The notes under the pieces are model-generated. The model saw nothing but the letters and a program-made list of their open reading frames with translations, was not told the DNA's origin and searched no databases. Positions 1 to 11,462 of a stretch of 64,000 nucleotides of DNA are shown one piece after another. The DNA is from Plasmodiophora brassicae (Eukaryota): contig CP145420.1 in the NCBI GenBank assembly GCA_036867785.1, positions 62,001 through 126,000 of the forward strand, given 5' to 3'. Numbering within the stretch: position 1 is the first letter of the stretch; each line of letters begins with the position of its first letter. The translations under genes and the position numbers were made by a program.

Positions 1-2360
1 TTGGCGTGCTATGGTACCTGTATGCGTTTTGATGCTGGCTTGCTGACGGTGCTGGGCAGGCAGCGCCGTTCGGGTTCAACGGTCTCGGCGAGCTCGTCTA
101 CCGGCGGACGTATTCGCGAGCGAAGCCGACCGGCGATAACGAGGAATGGTTCGAGACGGTCGAACGCGTCGTCAACGGGACGTTCAGCATGCAGAAACGG
201 TGGATCGATCAGTCCGGCCTGCTGTGGGATGCGGACCGGGCACAACGCAGCGCGCAGGTTCCCCCATCGTTGCTCATACCTGGTTTCCGACGTGTAATGG
301 ACGCCCACACAGGACATGTATGATCGTATATGGTCATTGAAATTCGTACCACCGGTCAGCGACCCTGGCCCATGATCTGTGTCACACCAGCACTTGCCAA
401 CGCTGTTCGAACAGGGTCGAGGTTTGTGGGCAATGGGGTCGCCGCTGACCGAGGAACGCGGCCTGTTCGCCGCCCTGAACAACTGCGCCTTCGTCTCCAC
501 CCGGGATCTCGACCGCGACCCAATCCGCCCGTTCACGTTCCTCATGGATGCGTCCATGCTGGGCGTCGGCGTCGGGTTCGACACCAAGGTCGGTCTGTCG
601 CTGGCACCCCGCGACCAGCGCCCCTTCGTCTACTGACGCGTCATCATGCTCAGGGCGTAGGCAAGATTGTCGTCAAGGGCATCGACTACAGCGCCCCGGT
701 CCAGCATTACAGCGTTGCCGACAGCCGTGAGGGATGGGTCGATGCGGTGCGCGTGATGCTTCAGTCCTGCTTCTCGGCTGGCCCTCCCATCGTAGGTGCA
801 TCCGGGATCCAGGCACCACCGTGTGGACGCGACCTTACGGGTCCCCATGTGTTTGTTCCAGAGATACGACGTGTCGCAAGTTCGACCGGCAGGAGCGCCC
901 ATCCGGGGATTCGGCGGTACCGCCAGTGGCCCGGGCCCTTTGCTCAGCGTACGTGCTCGTTGGCCTGCCCAGACGCGCGCCGTTCGTGTTCTGACCATTG
1001 CCACCGGTCAGCTATTGGAATCGATCGAGGCGACGCTGCGCGCGCTGACGGGCCGCCCGATCACCGTTACCGCCATCACCGATCTCATGAACCTGATCGG
1101 CAAGTGCGTCGTCTCTGGCAACGTCAGGCGCACGGCCGAGATCGCGTTCGGCGACCCCGACCTCGACGAGTACCTCGACCTGAAGGTCGCGTGTGTCCTG
1201 TATCGAACGTGCGCGTCCTGCTGACCGGCGTTGTCGAACAGGACTACGAGAAGAACCCGTCTCGCGAGGGGCACGGGTGGACCTCGAACAATTCCGTGTT
1301 CGCCCGCGTCGGCATGGACTACGAGCGCGTCTGCTCCCGGGTCGCCCGGAACGGCGAGCCCGGGTTCGCCTGGCTCGACAACATGCGCGCGTACGGGCGC
1401 ATGTCCGACCCGGCCAACGATCGCGACCGACGGGCGGAAGGCGGCAACCCGTGCCTGGAGCAGACGCTGGAGTCGTTCGAGCTGTGCTGCCTGGTGGAGA
1501 CGTTCCCGGCCCGGCACGCCTCGCTGGACGACTTCCTGCGGACGCTGAAGGCGGCGCTGCTGTACGCGAAGACGGTGACGCTGGGCGCGACGCGCTGGCC
1601 CGAATCGAATCGTGTCATGCTGCGGAACCGTCGCATCGGGTGCTCCATGTCGGGGATCGCCCAGTTCATCACGCAGCGCGGCCTGCACGCCCTGCACGAC
1701 TGGTGCCAGGCCGGGTACGCCGCCGTCCAGCTGTGCGACGAACGCGTCAGCGAGTGGCTGGCCGTGCCCCGGTCCATCAAGTCGACCTGCATCAAGCCGT
1801 CCGGCACCGTCTCCCTGCTGGCGGGCGCCACACCCGGCATGCACTACCCCGAGTCGCGCTTCTACATTCGACGCGTCCGCCTGGCGTCCACGTCGGACCT
1901 GCTGGAACCCGTGCGACGCGCCGGGTACCCGGTGGAGCCCTGCGCGACGACGCCCGACACGGCCGTCGTGGAGATCCCGGTCGACGTTGGCGCGGGCATC
2001 CGGACGCTGCGCGATGTGTCCCTGTGGGAGCAGCTGGAGCTGGCCGCGTTCCTGCAGGCGTACTGGGCGGACAACCAGGTGTCGGCCACTGTCTCGTTCG
2101 ACGCGGAGCGCGAGGGCCCGCACCTGGCGCCCGCCCTGCAGTACTTCCAGTACCGGCTCAAGGGCGTCTCGTTCCTGCCGAGGGCGCCGCGCGCCTCCGC
2201 GCCCGCCTACGCCCAGATGCCGTACGAGGAGATTGACGAGGGCGAGTACCGGCGGCGGCTGGCGGCGATCCAGCCCGGGTTCACGCTGAGGCGCACCAAC
2301 AGGCACCGGCGCGACTTTGTCGCCGACCGCTTCTGCGACAGCGCCTCGTGCACCATCTGA
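1..2360 (+). CDS. nrdJ: Class II (adenosylcobalamin-dependent, monomeric RTPR/NrdJ-type) ribonucleotide reductase; spliced, 5' end outside window
   Basis: Exons joined across GT-AG introns give PFGFNGLGELVYRRTYSR, KFVPPGRGLWAMG, ALNNCAFVST, GVGVGFDT, CVVSGNVRRTAEIAFG, GGNPCLEQTLESFELCCLVE (catalytic N-x-C-x-E), TCIKPSGTVSLLAGATPGMHYP, WADNQVSATV and a C-terminal FCDSASC Cys pair; stop at 2358-2360. Confidence 0.93.
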
Positions 2361-2524
2361 CGTAGGATGGCACGGCGCGCGCCCTCCCTTGCACCGATCC
2401 ACGCTGTCCCTGTTCGTGTGTACCTATGCCAATACATTCCTGGCCGCCATTCGTCTCTCGGGCAGAGACACCGTTGCTTGTGTTTAATGTTCGAGTTTGG
2501 CCGTTTCCTAGTCTGGGAGATTGG

Positions 2525-5524
2525 TTACAGGACGCTGGCCACCGTCGAGCGGCGACGGCTGACGTAGGGGACCCTGTTGTTGCCGTTGGGGCTGCGTTGC
2601 CGGTTGTTGCTGTTGACGTTGTTGCTGTTGTACGAGGTGGCGCGCGGTGACGGCGGCACGACGTTGTAGTCGCGACGCGCCGTCATCTGCGACGGGATCA
2701 CGCGGGCCGTCGGCGTCCCGGTCTGCACCGGCGCCGGCTGCATCGGCTGCTGCTGCCGCCGCGCCATGTACATGTTCTGCTTGTGGGCGCCCTTGGCGCA
2801 CGGCTTCTTGCACAGGTCGTCGACGGCGCTGGGCGTCAGCGACAGGACGGCGGCGATGTCGTCGGCGCCGCCGCAGGCGACCAGCGCCAGGACGTCCGGG
2901 TTCTTGCCATCGCGTACGGCGCGGCCCAGGGCGGGCAGCAGGTTGGACTCGCCGGCGTACGTCACCAGGTCCCTGGCCGTGGCGATCGTCGGCGAATCCA
3001 TCGTGCAGTTGCAGTTGTAGACGGGCGCCTTGTCGATCGGGGCGTTCGTCGGCGACACGGTCGACGTCTTCGGCGCCACCGTCGCCCCGCTCGTCGGCAC
3101 CGGCGTCGACTCGTTCGCCGCCGGCATCGTCGTCGCCGTCAACTTGGGCGCCGCCGACGCCCCGCTCGTCGGCATCGGCGTCGACTCGTTCGCCGTCGTC
3201 GTCGGCATCGGCTTCGTCGTCATGTTCGCCGGCGCCGTCGTCGGCATCGGCGTGGTCGCGTTCGTCGGCGCCGCCGACGACCCGTTGACCGGCGTGTCGT
3301 TGTTGGGGTCCGCCACCATCGGGGCCGTCGTCTCGTTCGCCGGCGGGCGCGTGCGCATCGCCGCCTTCGCCAGGTCGCCCTTGTTCGGCGCCGTCGTCGA
3401 CACGTTCCCGGGGGCCCCCGCTGGCGCTGTCGTGGTCGGTGCCGTCGTCGTCGTCGTTGCCGGCGCTGTCGTGGCATTCGCTGGCGCTGTCGTGGCATTC
3501 GCTGGCGCCGTCGTCCTCGTGACCGGCGCCGCTGACGATCCGTTGTTAGCAGGGGCCGTTGTCGACGCCGTCACCGGCGCCGCTGACGACGCGTTGCTGG
3601 TCGGGGCCGGTGTCCCTGGCGCCGCCGACGACCCGTTGTGTGCCGGTGCCGTCGTCATGGCGGTCACTGGCGCCGCCGAAGACCCGTTGTTCGCCGGCGC
3701 CGTCGTCGTGGCGGTCACTGGTGCCGCCGACGACCCGTTGTTCGTCGGCGCCGTCGTCATGGCGGTCACCGGCGCCGCTGACGACCCGTTGTTCGTTGGC
3801 GCCGTTGTCAATGGCGCCGCCGACGTCCCTGGCGCCGTCGTGTACGGCGTTGCCGTACTGGCCGGGGTCGTTGTCGGGTTGACTGGCGCCGACGACGTCG
3901 CCGGTGCCGTCGTCGCTGGCATCGTCGGCGCGGCCGTCCCTGCCGGGGCGGTCGTCATCGGCGTCGTTGTCGCCGGCATCGTCGGAGCGGCCGTTCCCGC
4001 CGGGGCGGTCGTCGCTGGCATTGTCGGTGCGGTCGTTGCCGGCATCGTCGGTGCGGTCGTCGCCGGCATCGTCGGTGCGGCCGTTCCTGCCGGGGTGGTC
4101 GTCATCGGCGACGTCGTTGCCGGCATCGTCGGCGCGGCCGTCCCTGCCGGTGCGGTCGTCATTGGCGTCGTCGTGGCCGGCTCCGTCGTGCGCATGGTCG
4201 CCATGGGGAACCCGGCCGTCGTCGTCGTTGTCGGCGCCGGCGTCTCGGGCAGCGGCATCGTCGCCGCCGGCGCGTACAGGTTGTGCGGCGCCTTGTCGCC
4301 GGCGTACAGGTTGCCCGGCGTCGCCTTGTACAGGTTCGCCTTGGCGTACAGGTCCGCCTTACGCGACGCCGACAAGGGCAGGGCCGCTGGCGACGACGGC
4401 GACGATGATGGCGATGGCGACGGCGCGTACAGGGCCGTGTACGTGGCCGGCGCGTTGGCGGCCGACGTCGCGTCCGGCGTGTACGTCACGTCCGGGTTGC
4501 CGATCGACGTCGTGTTGATGGGCTTCTCCCAGTCGACGGCCATGCAGGCGGCGCAGACGCTGGCGGTGGCGTTCTCCTTCAGGGCCTGGGCGGCGACGCC
4601 CGCCTTCTGCCGGTCCTCGACGAGGCGCGCGTACGCCCGCATGGACGCCAGCGCGCCCTGGACGCCGTTCGGCCCCGACGCCTTGTCCTGGATACAGTCC
4701 TCGACGAACGTGCCGAACAGCGGGTCGCTGGCGATGCGCGCCACGTCGCCGTCGGCGCAGGCGCGGACGACGTTGTCGCGGACGGCCTCAGACTGGAACG
4801 GGAACGGCGTCTGCATCGTCTGCGACATGTTGGGCGCGACGAACGGCGGCAGGGCGTCGGCCTGCAGGGCCTGGAACTTGACGCTGGTGGCGTTGGCGCC
4901 GCAGGGCGCCTGCGGGCCGATGGCCCCGGCCGAGTCGACCCGGTAGGCGGCGGCGTAGGCGGGCACCATGGCGACGTCGGGCGCCGTCTGTGCGCCGGCG
5001 CAGGACCCGCACAGGCCGTCGCAGCGCGCCAGCGTCGCCGACGTGATCGTGACGGTGCCGCCGCCGATGACAATGTTGACAAAGTCGGCGTCGTACGTCA
5101 GCTCGATGGCGACGTCGCCGGTCGGCAGGCCGTGCAGGGCGGCGCCGAGCGACGCGTCGAGCGGGAGCGCGTCCAGGGCGGCGATCGGGACGGGGCGGCC
5201 CCAGACGGAGACGGTCGGCGAGGCCGGCGCGATCTGCAGGTCGACCTTGCAGGACGGGCCGGACAGCAGGACGCGGCAGGCGCCCAGGGCGGACACCTCC
5301 AGGGACGTGGCCGTCGGGACGCGATCGAACTCGCACTGGACGTCGACGGCGCGCGCGCCGACGCCCGCCGAGAAGACCTGGTAGAGGCCCTGGCCCGCGT
5401 ACGTGAACTTGGCGCGCCCGTCCGTCATCAGGATGTGCCCGTTGCCATGCAGCGAGCAGGACGTGTCGGCGGCGGCGGCGGCGACCAGCAGGGCGCCGAT
5501 GGACAGGGCGACGACGCGGATCAT
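2525..5524 (-). CDS. Secreted mucin-like protein: signal peptide, VWD-like domain, long Thr/Ala/Pro repeat region
   Basis: ATG at 5524 begins a hydrophobic signal peptide (MIRVVALSIGALLVAAAAA). CSLHGNGHILMTDG..FTYAGQGLY and CDGLCGSC resemble VWD motifs. Tandem TMPATTAP and TTAPxNNGSSAAPVT repeats follow. Confidence 0.75.
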   Translation of the reverse strand: MIRVVALSIGALLVAAAAADTSCSLHGNGHILMTDGRAKFTYAGQGLYQVFSAGVGARAVDVQCEFDRVPTATSLEVSALGACRVLLSGPSCKVDLQIAPASPTVSVWGRPVPIAALDALPLDASLGAALHGLPTGDVAIELTYDADFVNIVIGGGTVTITSATLARCDGLCGSCAGAQTAPDVAMVPAYAAAYRVDSAGAIGPQAPCGANATSVKFQALQADALPPFVAPNMSQTMQTPFPFQSEAVRDNVVRACADGDVARIASDPLFGTFVEDCIQDKASGPNGVQGALASMRAYARLVEDRQKAGVAAQALKENATASVCAACMAVDWEKPINTTSIGNPDVTYTPDATSAANAPATYTALYAPSPSPSSSPSSPAALPLSASRKADLYAKANLYKATPGNLYAGDKAPHNLYAPAATMPLPETPAPTTTTTAGFPMATMRTTEPATTTPMTTAPAGTAAPTMPATTSPMTTTPAGTAAPTMPATTAPTMPATTAPTMPATTAPAGTAAPTMPATTTPMTTAPAGTAAPTMPATTAPATSSAPVNPTTTPASTATPYTTAPGTSAAPLTTAPTNNGSSAAPVTAMTTAPTNNGSSAAPVTATTTAPANNGSSAAPVTAMTTAPAHNGSSAAPGTPAPTSNASSAAPVTASTTAPANNGSSAAPVTRTTAPANATTAPANATTAPATTTTTAPTTTAPAGAPGNVSTTAPNKGDLAKAAMRTRPPANETTAPMVADPNNDTPVNGSSAAPTNATTPMPTTAPANMTTKPMPTTTANESTPMPTSGASAAPKLTATTMPAANESTPVPTSGATVAPKTSTVSPTNAPIDKAPVYNCNCTMDSPTIATARDLVTYAGESNLLPALGRAVRDGKNPDVLALVACGGADDIAAVLSLTPSAVDDLCKKPCAKGAHKQNMYMARRQQQPMQPAPVQTGTPTARVIPSQMTARRDYNVVPPSPRATSYNSNNVNSNNRQRSPNGNNRVPYVSRRRSTVASVL
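3040..4240 (-). repeat. Coding tandem/minisatellite repeats of the mucin region
   Basis: Repeated units encoding PTMPATTA, TTAPAGTAAP, TTAPxNNGSSAAPVT and PAANESTP-SGA. Confidence 0.85.
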
Positions 5525-6107
5525 AGTATATAAGTTAGGGGAATGGAACGCGTGCGCGTGCTGGTTAACTTGGACGGCGCGGGTGCCGGTGCTGCTGCTG
5601 CTGCTGTTGCTCTGGTTCGACAATAATGGTTATGGGAAACGACAAGCGAGCGCGAACGCGCGTAGTCAACCATGCAGGAGCGGCGTTGACGCCTCTGTCG
5701 AGGCGTTGCGTCAACGGCGGTCACGTTGACGCGCCAGTGTGACACGGCACGAGATTCGCGCCTGCCCCATTTGACTCACCGGGTGTGGGACCTCACACGG
5801 GGCGCGCCCGTTGAATCACGTCGCGCGTGAGGCCCGTCTCTGGGGCCCCGGGGGGCGCAACCCGTTGTCTGCACACACACACACACACGGAGCACGCCGA
5901 CGCTGTCGGGGCAGGCCGACCCGCTCCCCGTGCCGACCACTGCGGGGCGGCACGCTACAGTCAGGTCGCCGTCGCGGCATGTGGCGTTTATTGGTGGGCC
6001 GCCCGCTGAAAAAAAAGGCGGCGCATGACATGACGCGGATCAGCCGACGGCGCCGCTCGCGGTGACGTCATTTTCGGCGACGGCGGCGGAGACAGGCGGG
6101 GTCGGGG

Positions 6108-7259
6108 ATGCATCCGGGCGCAGGTCGAGGCATGGGGCGCGGGGGCCGACCCGCCCCACCGCCCAGGCCGGCAGGCGGCGCCGGCAGGGGGATGCCGGCG
6201 GCACCGCCGTCGTACCAGGGGGACTGGGGCGACTGGGCGCCCCCGGCGGCCTACCCGCAGCACCAGCAGCCGCCGCCGACGTCGCAGTACTACGACAACG
6301 GGTCGTCGTCGTCGTATTATAATCAGGGGCCGCCGGCCCACAACCCGTACCCGCAGGTGCCGTTCAACCCGTACGAGCAGAAGGGCCCGTACAACACGCA
6401 GGGGCCCGGGTCGTTCTCGAGAACGCCGATGCAATCGACGCCGGGCATGGCAGGCATCCCGAACGAGATGATGACGAATATGGCCCTGGGGCTGATCGAC
6501 GACAAGGTCAAGACGTATTCGTCGTGGTTCTCGCTGAGCAGCTTGCGGTACTACTTCCATGTCAACAACGCGTACGTCGTCAAGAAATTGCAAATGATCC
6601 TGCTGCCGTACCTGCACAAACGATGGTCACGCGAGCGCTCCGGCAACGACGGCGCCGGGGCGTTCCTGCCGCCCAGCGCGGACGTCAACGCCCCTGACCT
6701 GTACATCCCGCTGATGGCGTTCGTCACCTACATCCTCCTGATGGGTTTCATCATGGGCATCAGCAAGGCGTTCACGCCCGAGGTGCTGGGGTCGACGGCG
6801 ACCTGGGCGCTCCTGGTCCTGATCATGGAGGTCGTCCTGCTGCGCGTCGGTTTCGCCGTCATTGGCAGCAGCGCCACCGTCGTGCCGCCGTCGCTTCTCG
6901 ACCTGGTCGCGTATTCGTCGTACAAGTTCGTGATCCTCGTCATCGACCTTGTCGTGTGGGTTGCGTCCTACCACAACTCGACCATGTACTGGGTCATCTC
7001 CATCCTGACCGGCATATCAATGACGGTCTTCATGGTCAGTCTCATCGTGTCGGTCTCCGATCGTCAATTGTCGCGCTTACCACTCCCTCCCATGTGTGTG
7101 TAGGCCCGCACGCTTCAACGGGCGTTCGTCCCACGTGTGGAAGGCGGGTCGTTCGGGATCGAGGACACCAACCGGTCCACTCGCCAGCTGTTCCTGATCG
7201 CCGTCGGCGTCTGCCAAATACCTTTGTGCATTGTCCTGGGGCGCTCCGTCGCTCGCTGA
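6108..7259 (+). CDS. YIF1: YIF1/Hrf1-family ER-Golgi membrane protein (intron 7035-7103)
   Basis: LRYYFHVNNAYVVKKLQMILLPY, DVNAPDLYIPLMAFVTYILL, LDLVAYSSYKFV; second exon ARTLQRAF...VAR ends TGA 7257-7259. Confidence 0.9.
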
Positions 7260-7430
7260 CGGGCATTAAACCGAACCCCATACTATGCTCGTGTGTGCAT
7301 GCGCCTGCTCTGATTCGGTGTGCCCCGCCGTACGTACGTCGCGGTGCGAGCAGGTTGCATCCACTCACAGGCGCCCTGGTCTGCCTCGCGCGCTGGGCAG
7401 CGGCCTTCCGTCGAGAACGCGCCCGCTCGC

Positions 7431-9718
7431 ATGTCGAACCCCGACGATGACGACCCATTCGCCGCGTTCTTTGGCGCAGCGAAGGCCGACCCGCCTGTCA
7501 GGCCCGCGACGAAGGAGCAGTCGTCACCCGCCCTGGACCTGTTTGTCGGCATGCAGCAGAGGCAGCCGCCGCCGGCGAAACCGATGGCGGACCCATTCCA
7601 GGCGGCGATGAGCGCGGTCCCAGGCGGCCCTCGCAGGTCGGTCGACCCGTTTGACTTCAACAACAAGGCGGCGGCGTCGGTCGCTGCGTTCCCACTGGAC
7701 CCGTTCCGCGAACCCATCCGATCGGCCATCGCCCCCGCCAACTCGAAATCGTCGCCATCAGCAGATGCGTTCGACCCGTTCGAAGCCATCAGTCGCTCGT
7801 CGTCACCGATTGGCGTTAAGCCGGACCCGCGGTCGCCTGTTGTCGAGCCGGCGACGTCGCTCCCTGGAACTCGCCCGGCGTTCCCCGCGCCCGCTAACGA
7901 CGACGAGGTCAGCCAGCTCAAGGCACAGGTGAAGGTCCTGCAAGGTCTGCCGGCGCACCCCCCTGACAACGTGCAACCTGAAATGTCAACCGCTGCTGCT
8001 GTACAGATCAGCTGCGGGCTGAGAAGCAGAGGTCGAACGCGGCGGCGTCGTTGGCTGGGAACCCCAACGCAAACGATCACAGCAGCGCCGGCAGTGTCGT
8101 GGAACGCGCCATTGCTGGCGACTATTCGGGCCTGCGGTCCTGTCGGAGCCTGTTCAAGAAGAAGCAACTGCTGGCAGCCGCTATAGCGTCCTGTACGACG
8201 TCCGGCCTGTGTGCCGATGTTCACGTCTAAGGGCGTGCGCCGGCAGGGAACAGCGACGTCATCCTGGAGACGGTCATCTTCCTGCAAGAGACCGTCAAGG
8301 AGCACCTGCTGATGAAGCTTCTGGGCAAGGAGCCGGTCGCCATGAACTCGTTACTGTCTTACCTGGAACGGCGCCGCCAATCGTCCGCCCTGATCGAGCT
8401 GTGCGCCTGACCCCAATCTCGCATCGCTCCCGGAGCACTGACGTTACGCGGTAGGTACAAGACGCTGGACAGGCTGGAAGACGTCGTCGTCCACATGCTC
8501 AACGTCGCATGTGCGAAGAAGGACGTGAGAAACGGGACTCTGGCTGGTACCTGAAATCGCCCCAGCTGACAGGCGCGCCTTCTTGGGTCAGGCAGCCGCA
8601 CGATTAGCGGCCATCGGCGAGATCCTGACCTTCATCGAGACGCAGCAAGCTGAGCCGTCCGATGCCGCCAAGGCGCTGACGTTCTACCGCGACCATGTCG
8701 CCGAGCTGCACCGGCTTCTCGAACGACAGATCGCCATCGAGGTGATTGCCCGACCGCCGTCCGTCGATCGCGCCGATCATGACACGCTGGCCGTTGCACC
8801 GAGATAGGGGCACGATCAGGCGGTGGCAGCGGCAGGCACCCGTCCGACGTTCACCAGGTTCCCCCGACTGAACCAGATCGGGAAATCGGTCATCAGCCTG
8901 CTGGAGTACTGCCTGCTGTTCCACCCGGACGCCGCCAAAGGCAAACTCAGCAACGGCAAGAGCATTCGCGACGACTTCAAGGTTGCGAGTCCTGGGACCG
9001 GCGACGGGTACCCCGGGCGCCTAACCTGCGCTGGCAGGTCTCAGCGAAGATGTACACCTGGATTGCGTTGCGATCCTATGCGCGCGCCGGCAACTGGAAC
9101 CATGTCGCGAAGCTGGTGAAGAAGGTGAGCCACGGTTGCCGTCATCGGCGATCGGAAGCGCAGGTCGTTAACCCGCCGCGCTCAGACGACGTTTACGAGG
9201 AAGGCGAAATGCGTCATTGGGTTCAGGGCCTTTGTTGAAGCGTTTGCCGAGTGGGGACGGCTGCCTTCGTGGGTCCAAGCGGGCGGATCCGCTGACATGA
9301 TTGGACTGCACAGGTTCGATGGACCACGGGAGGAAATGGTGAAGTACGCGGCCAAAGTTCAGGTTGGGCAGTGCCGATGAGGCACGTGTGTGCTGGGGGG
9401 GCGGTCGCTCACCGTTCGCGCGGATAGGACCCTGAGGAGCGGTATGAGCTCGCCATGCAATATGAACTGTTCGATGTGGCGATTCAGGTGATGAGCTCTA
9501 ATCCGATCGACACGTTCAGAGGCTCAGGCTGGAACTGGAAATAGGCGCTGGTGGCGCTGAAGGATCGTCGGCGGCTGGAAGCACTGAAGCCCAAGATCGA
9601 GGCAGCGTTCGACCCGAACAAGAACGGCGGCACAGTCGACAACGTCGCCGAGGTCGAAACACTGTGCCTGAAGGTTGACCAGGCCATCCAGCAAGGCGAC
9701 AAATCGAAGTGGAAGTAA
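7431..9718 (+). CDS. VIPAS39: VIPAS39/SPE-39 (Vps16B)-like protein, multi-exon
   Basis: Spliced peptides RSLFKKKQLLAAA..GNSDVILETVIFLQETVKEHLL, LLERQIAIE, LLEYCLLFHPDA, FKVSAKMYTWIALRSYARAGNW, IGFRAFVE, LKDRRRLEAL and terminal KWK parallel the VIPAS39 motif order as I recall it; DPF-rich N-terminus. Confidence 0.75.
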
Positions 9719-9838
9719 ACCTTGCCCGCCACTTCGTCTTCGGTCCACGCGACAGGTCGACCATGGGGAACAACCAGTGCGACCGACGCGACGTGAAACG
9801 GGAAGAGCGGGAACGCGCTTCTCACATTGTATTCCTCG

Positions 9839-10829
9839 TCATGTACGAGACGTGTGCGTGCGCCTCTTCAGGACGAACGAGTAGACGCCATGCAATTCCT
9901 TTGGGAAATTGCGTTGCTCGACCGTCTTCACAAGGACCAGGTCCCGTGTACGCCTGAAGATCGCCCGGAACTGGCCCATCGTTCGGGTCACGTTGTTGTC
10001 GTCGGCGTCCAGGAAGAATTCGCCCTTGGCGACATTCTCTGTGCATCTGGCGTGTTAGCACACGCGCGCGCACTCCATCTCTTCGAAACGGCATTCGCTT
10101 AGGCGCAGACACCAACCTTTAACCACAATGTACGCGGCGTCGGTGTCCCGTAACGCGCTGGCGCATCGGTCGAAGAAGGCGACCAGATCGTCGTCGGTGA
10201 GGTATCCGACAACCCACTGGATCCAGACCAAGTCGTAGTCGGATACCGGCGGCGATGCCGATTGCAACCCGTCGACAACGAAATGGCGCATATGGGGATG
10301 CGACGCCAGCCGCCGGCGAGCCTCTTCGACATGCGCTGCCGACTGCTCGATCATGTCGACGTGGTCGAACAGAGGCAGCAGAAGATGCTCGGTAACGCGT
10401 CCGATGCCGGCACCACAGTCTACGTACATAGGGAGCGCACACGTATTACACACCGCGATGCAGAGCAGGCGCTCGTCCTGTAGTACAGGATCCTACCAAT
10501 GGCTGACGAATGCTGAAGGCCGGGCAGTGATCTGATCAGGTCGCGCGACGACCCGATATCGACGTCGGATATCGATTCATACCCCTGCGCGATGCAACCG
10601 GTTAGCGCACAGAAACGCGATCGATACGAATGCGTGACAGTACGCCAAGGACGCCATTGACGGTGAGATCGGTGGTCTCCCAGTAGTCTCGACTCTTGCT
10701 GTACCATTGAGCGTCGGGTTTCCGGCCCTGCCCAGGCTGTGCTACGCCCCAGACCTCATCAATGGCGTTGTACGTGCGGCCGGCGCTGCTGTACCCTGGG
10801 TCGGCACGACCCAGCCCAGATCGGCGCAT
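9839..10829 (-). CDS. NTMT1: Alpha-N-terminal protein methyltransferase (NTM1/METTL11 family), spliced
   Basis: WYSKSRDYW..TVNGVLGGY..ISDVDI, DCGAGIGRVT, YDLVWIQWVVGYLTDDDLVAFF, IVVKEN, DNNVTR, FPKEL. Confidence 0.92.
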
Positions 10830-10956
10830 TCCGACTGCGCAGTTGCAGCGACGGCGACGTCCGTGGCTACTACCTACACACTGCAGTGTACCTACGACAG
10901 GGAGGCCCGTGCATTGTGCGAACTGCAAAGCCCGGACAGCCGCATAGAATGTTCGC

Positions 10957-11162
10957 CACCTACGAACCTTGGAGGACTCGATGAGCCCTTAGACTCGCCC
11001 CGGAGCCGCCACCCTGCAAGACCCCAGAACAGAGGTGACAGACCGGCTCTGCCAGGTCGGGGAAAGTGAGCGTTCTGCGAGCCTCCTACGGTCCTCGGAT
11101 CCGAGAACGAGGTGCCTGCGTTAAAAGCGCGAAACACAAATAAACTTAACTTAACTTAACTT
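10957..11162 (+). mobile_element. 206-bp non-LTR retro-insertion (SINE or 5'-truncated LINE) with 13-bp TSD
   Basis: Flanked by ATAGAATGTTCGC at 10944-10956 and 11163-11175; ends AATAAA plus (AACTT)4; absent from the paralogous site near 15945-15965. Confidence 0.8.
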
Positions 11163-11462
11163 ATAGAATGTTCGCTGGCGCTGCGCTGCAGTAGAGGACT
11201 GTCGGGATGGGGCCGGACGATGTCATCCGGGCAACGCGCGCCCTGCCCTGATCAAGTCGACTGCACGCGTACCTGCGACGTTGCGCGCTACTCCGCCCTG
11301 GTCGGCAATCAACTGGTCCTGCTTGCGGCCGCTCGCTTTGCGTCGCTGATATGCAGGCGCGATGCGCCGGTGGCATTGGCGTTGACGTGTGGGAGGCTTG
11401 GCTGGCCGCCACACTAGCTCAGGTGCACACGATGACGAGGGCGTCCCCGAATTCCAGAACGC

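Noticed and set aside
330-1240. Apparent frameshifts in conserved genes as programmed recoding
   Set aside because: The ones I traced resolve as short GT-AG introns
1-2360. Bacterial or phage contamination suggested by nrdJ
   Set aside because: The gene has spliceosomal introns like its neighbours and is contiguous with eukaryotic genes
1008-2402. Long antisense and alternate-frame ORFs over the RNR and other GC-rich genes
   Set aside because: Expected from high GC3; Arg/Pro-rich with no motifs
3030-4946. 638-aa Val/Gly/Ala ORF on the + strand
   Set aside because: Antisense shadow of the repetitive mucin CDS
5872-5888. (CA)n tracts here and near 50152-50166
   Set aside because: Ordinary short microsatellites
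10957-11162. Hammerhead ribozyme (Penelope/retrozyme) or telomeric repeat in the insertion
   Set aside because: No CTGANGA core paired with GAAA is visible (only CTCGATGAG), and AACTT is not a G-rich telomere unit
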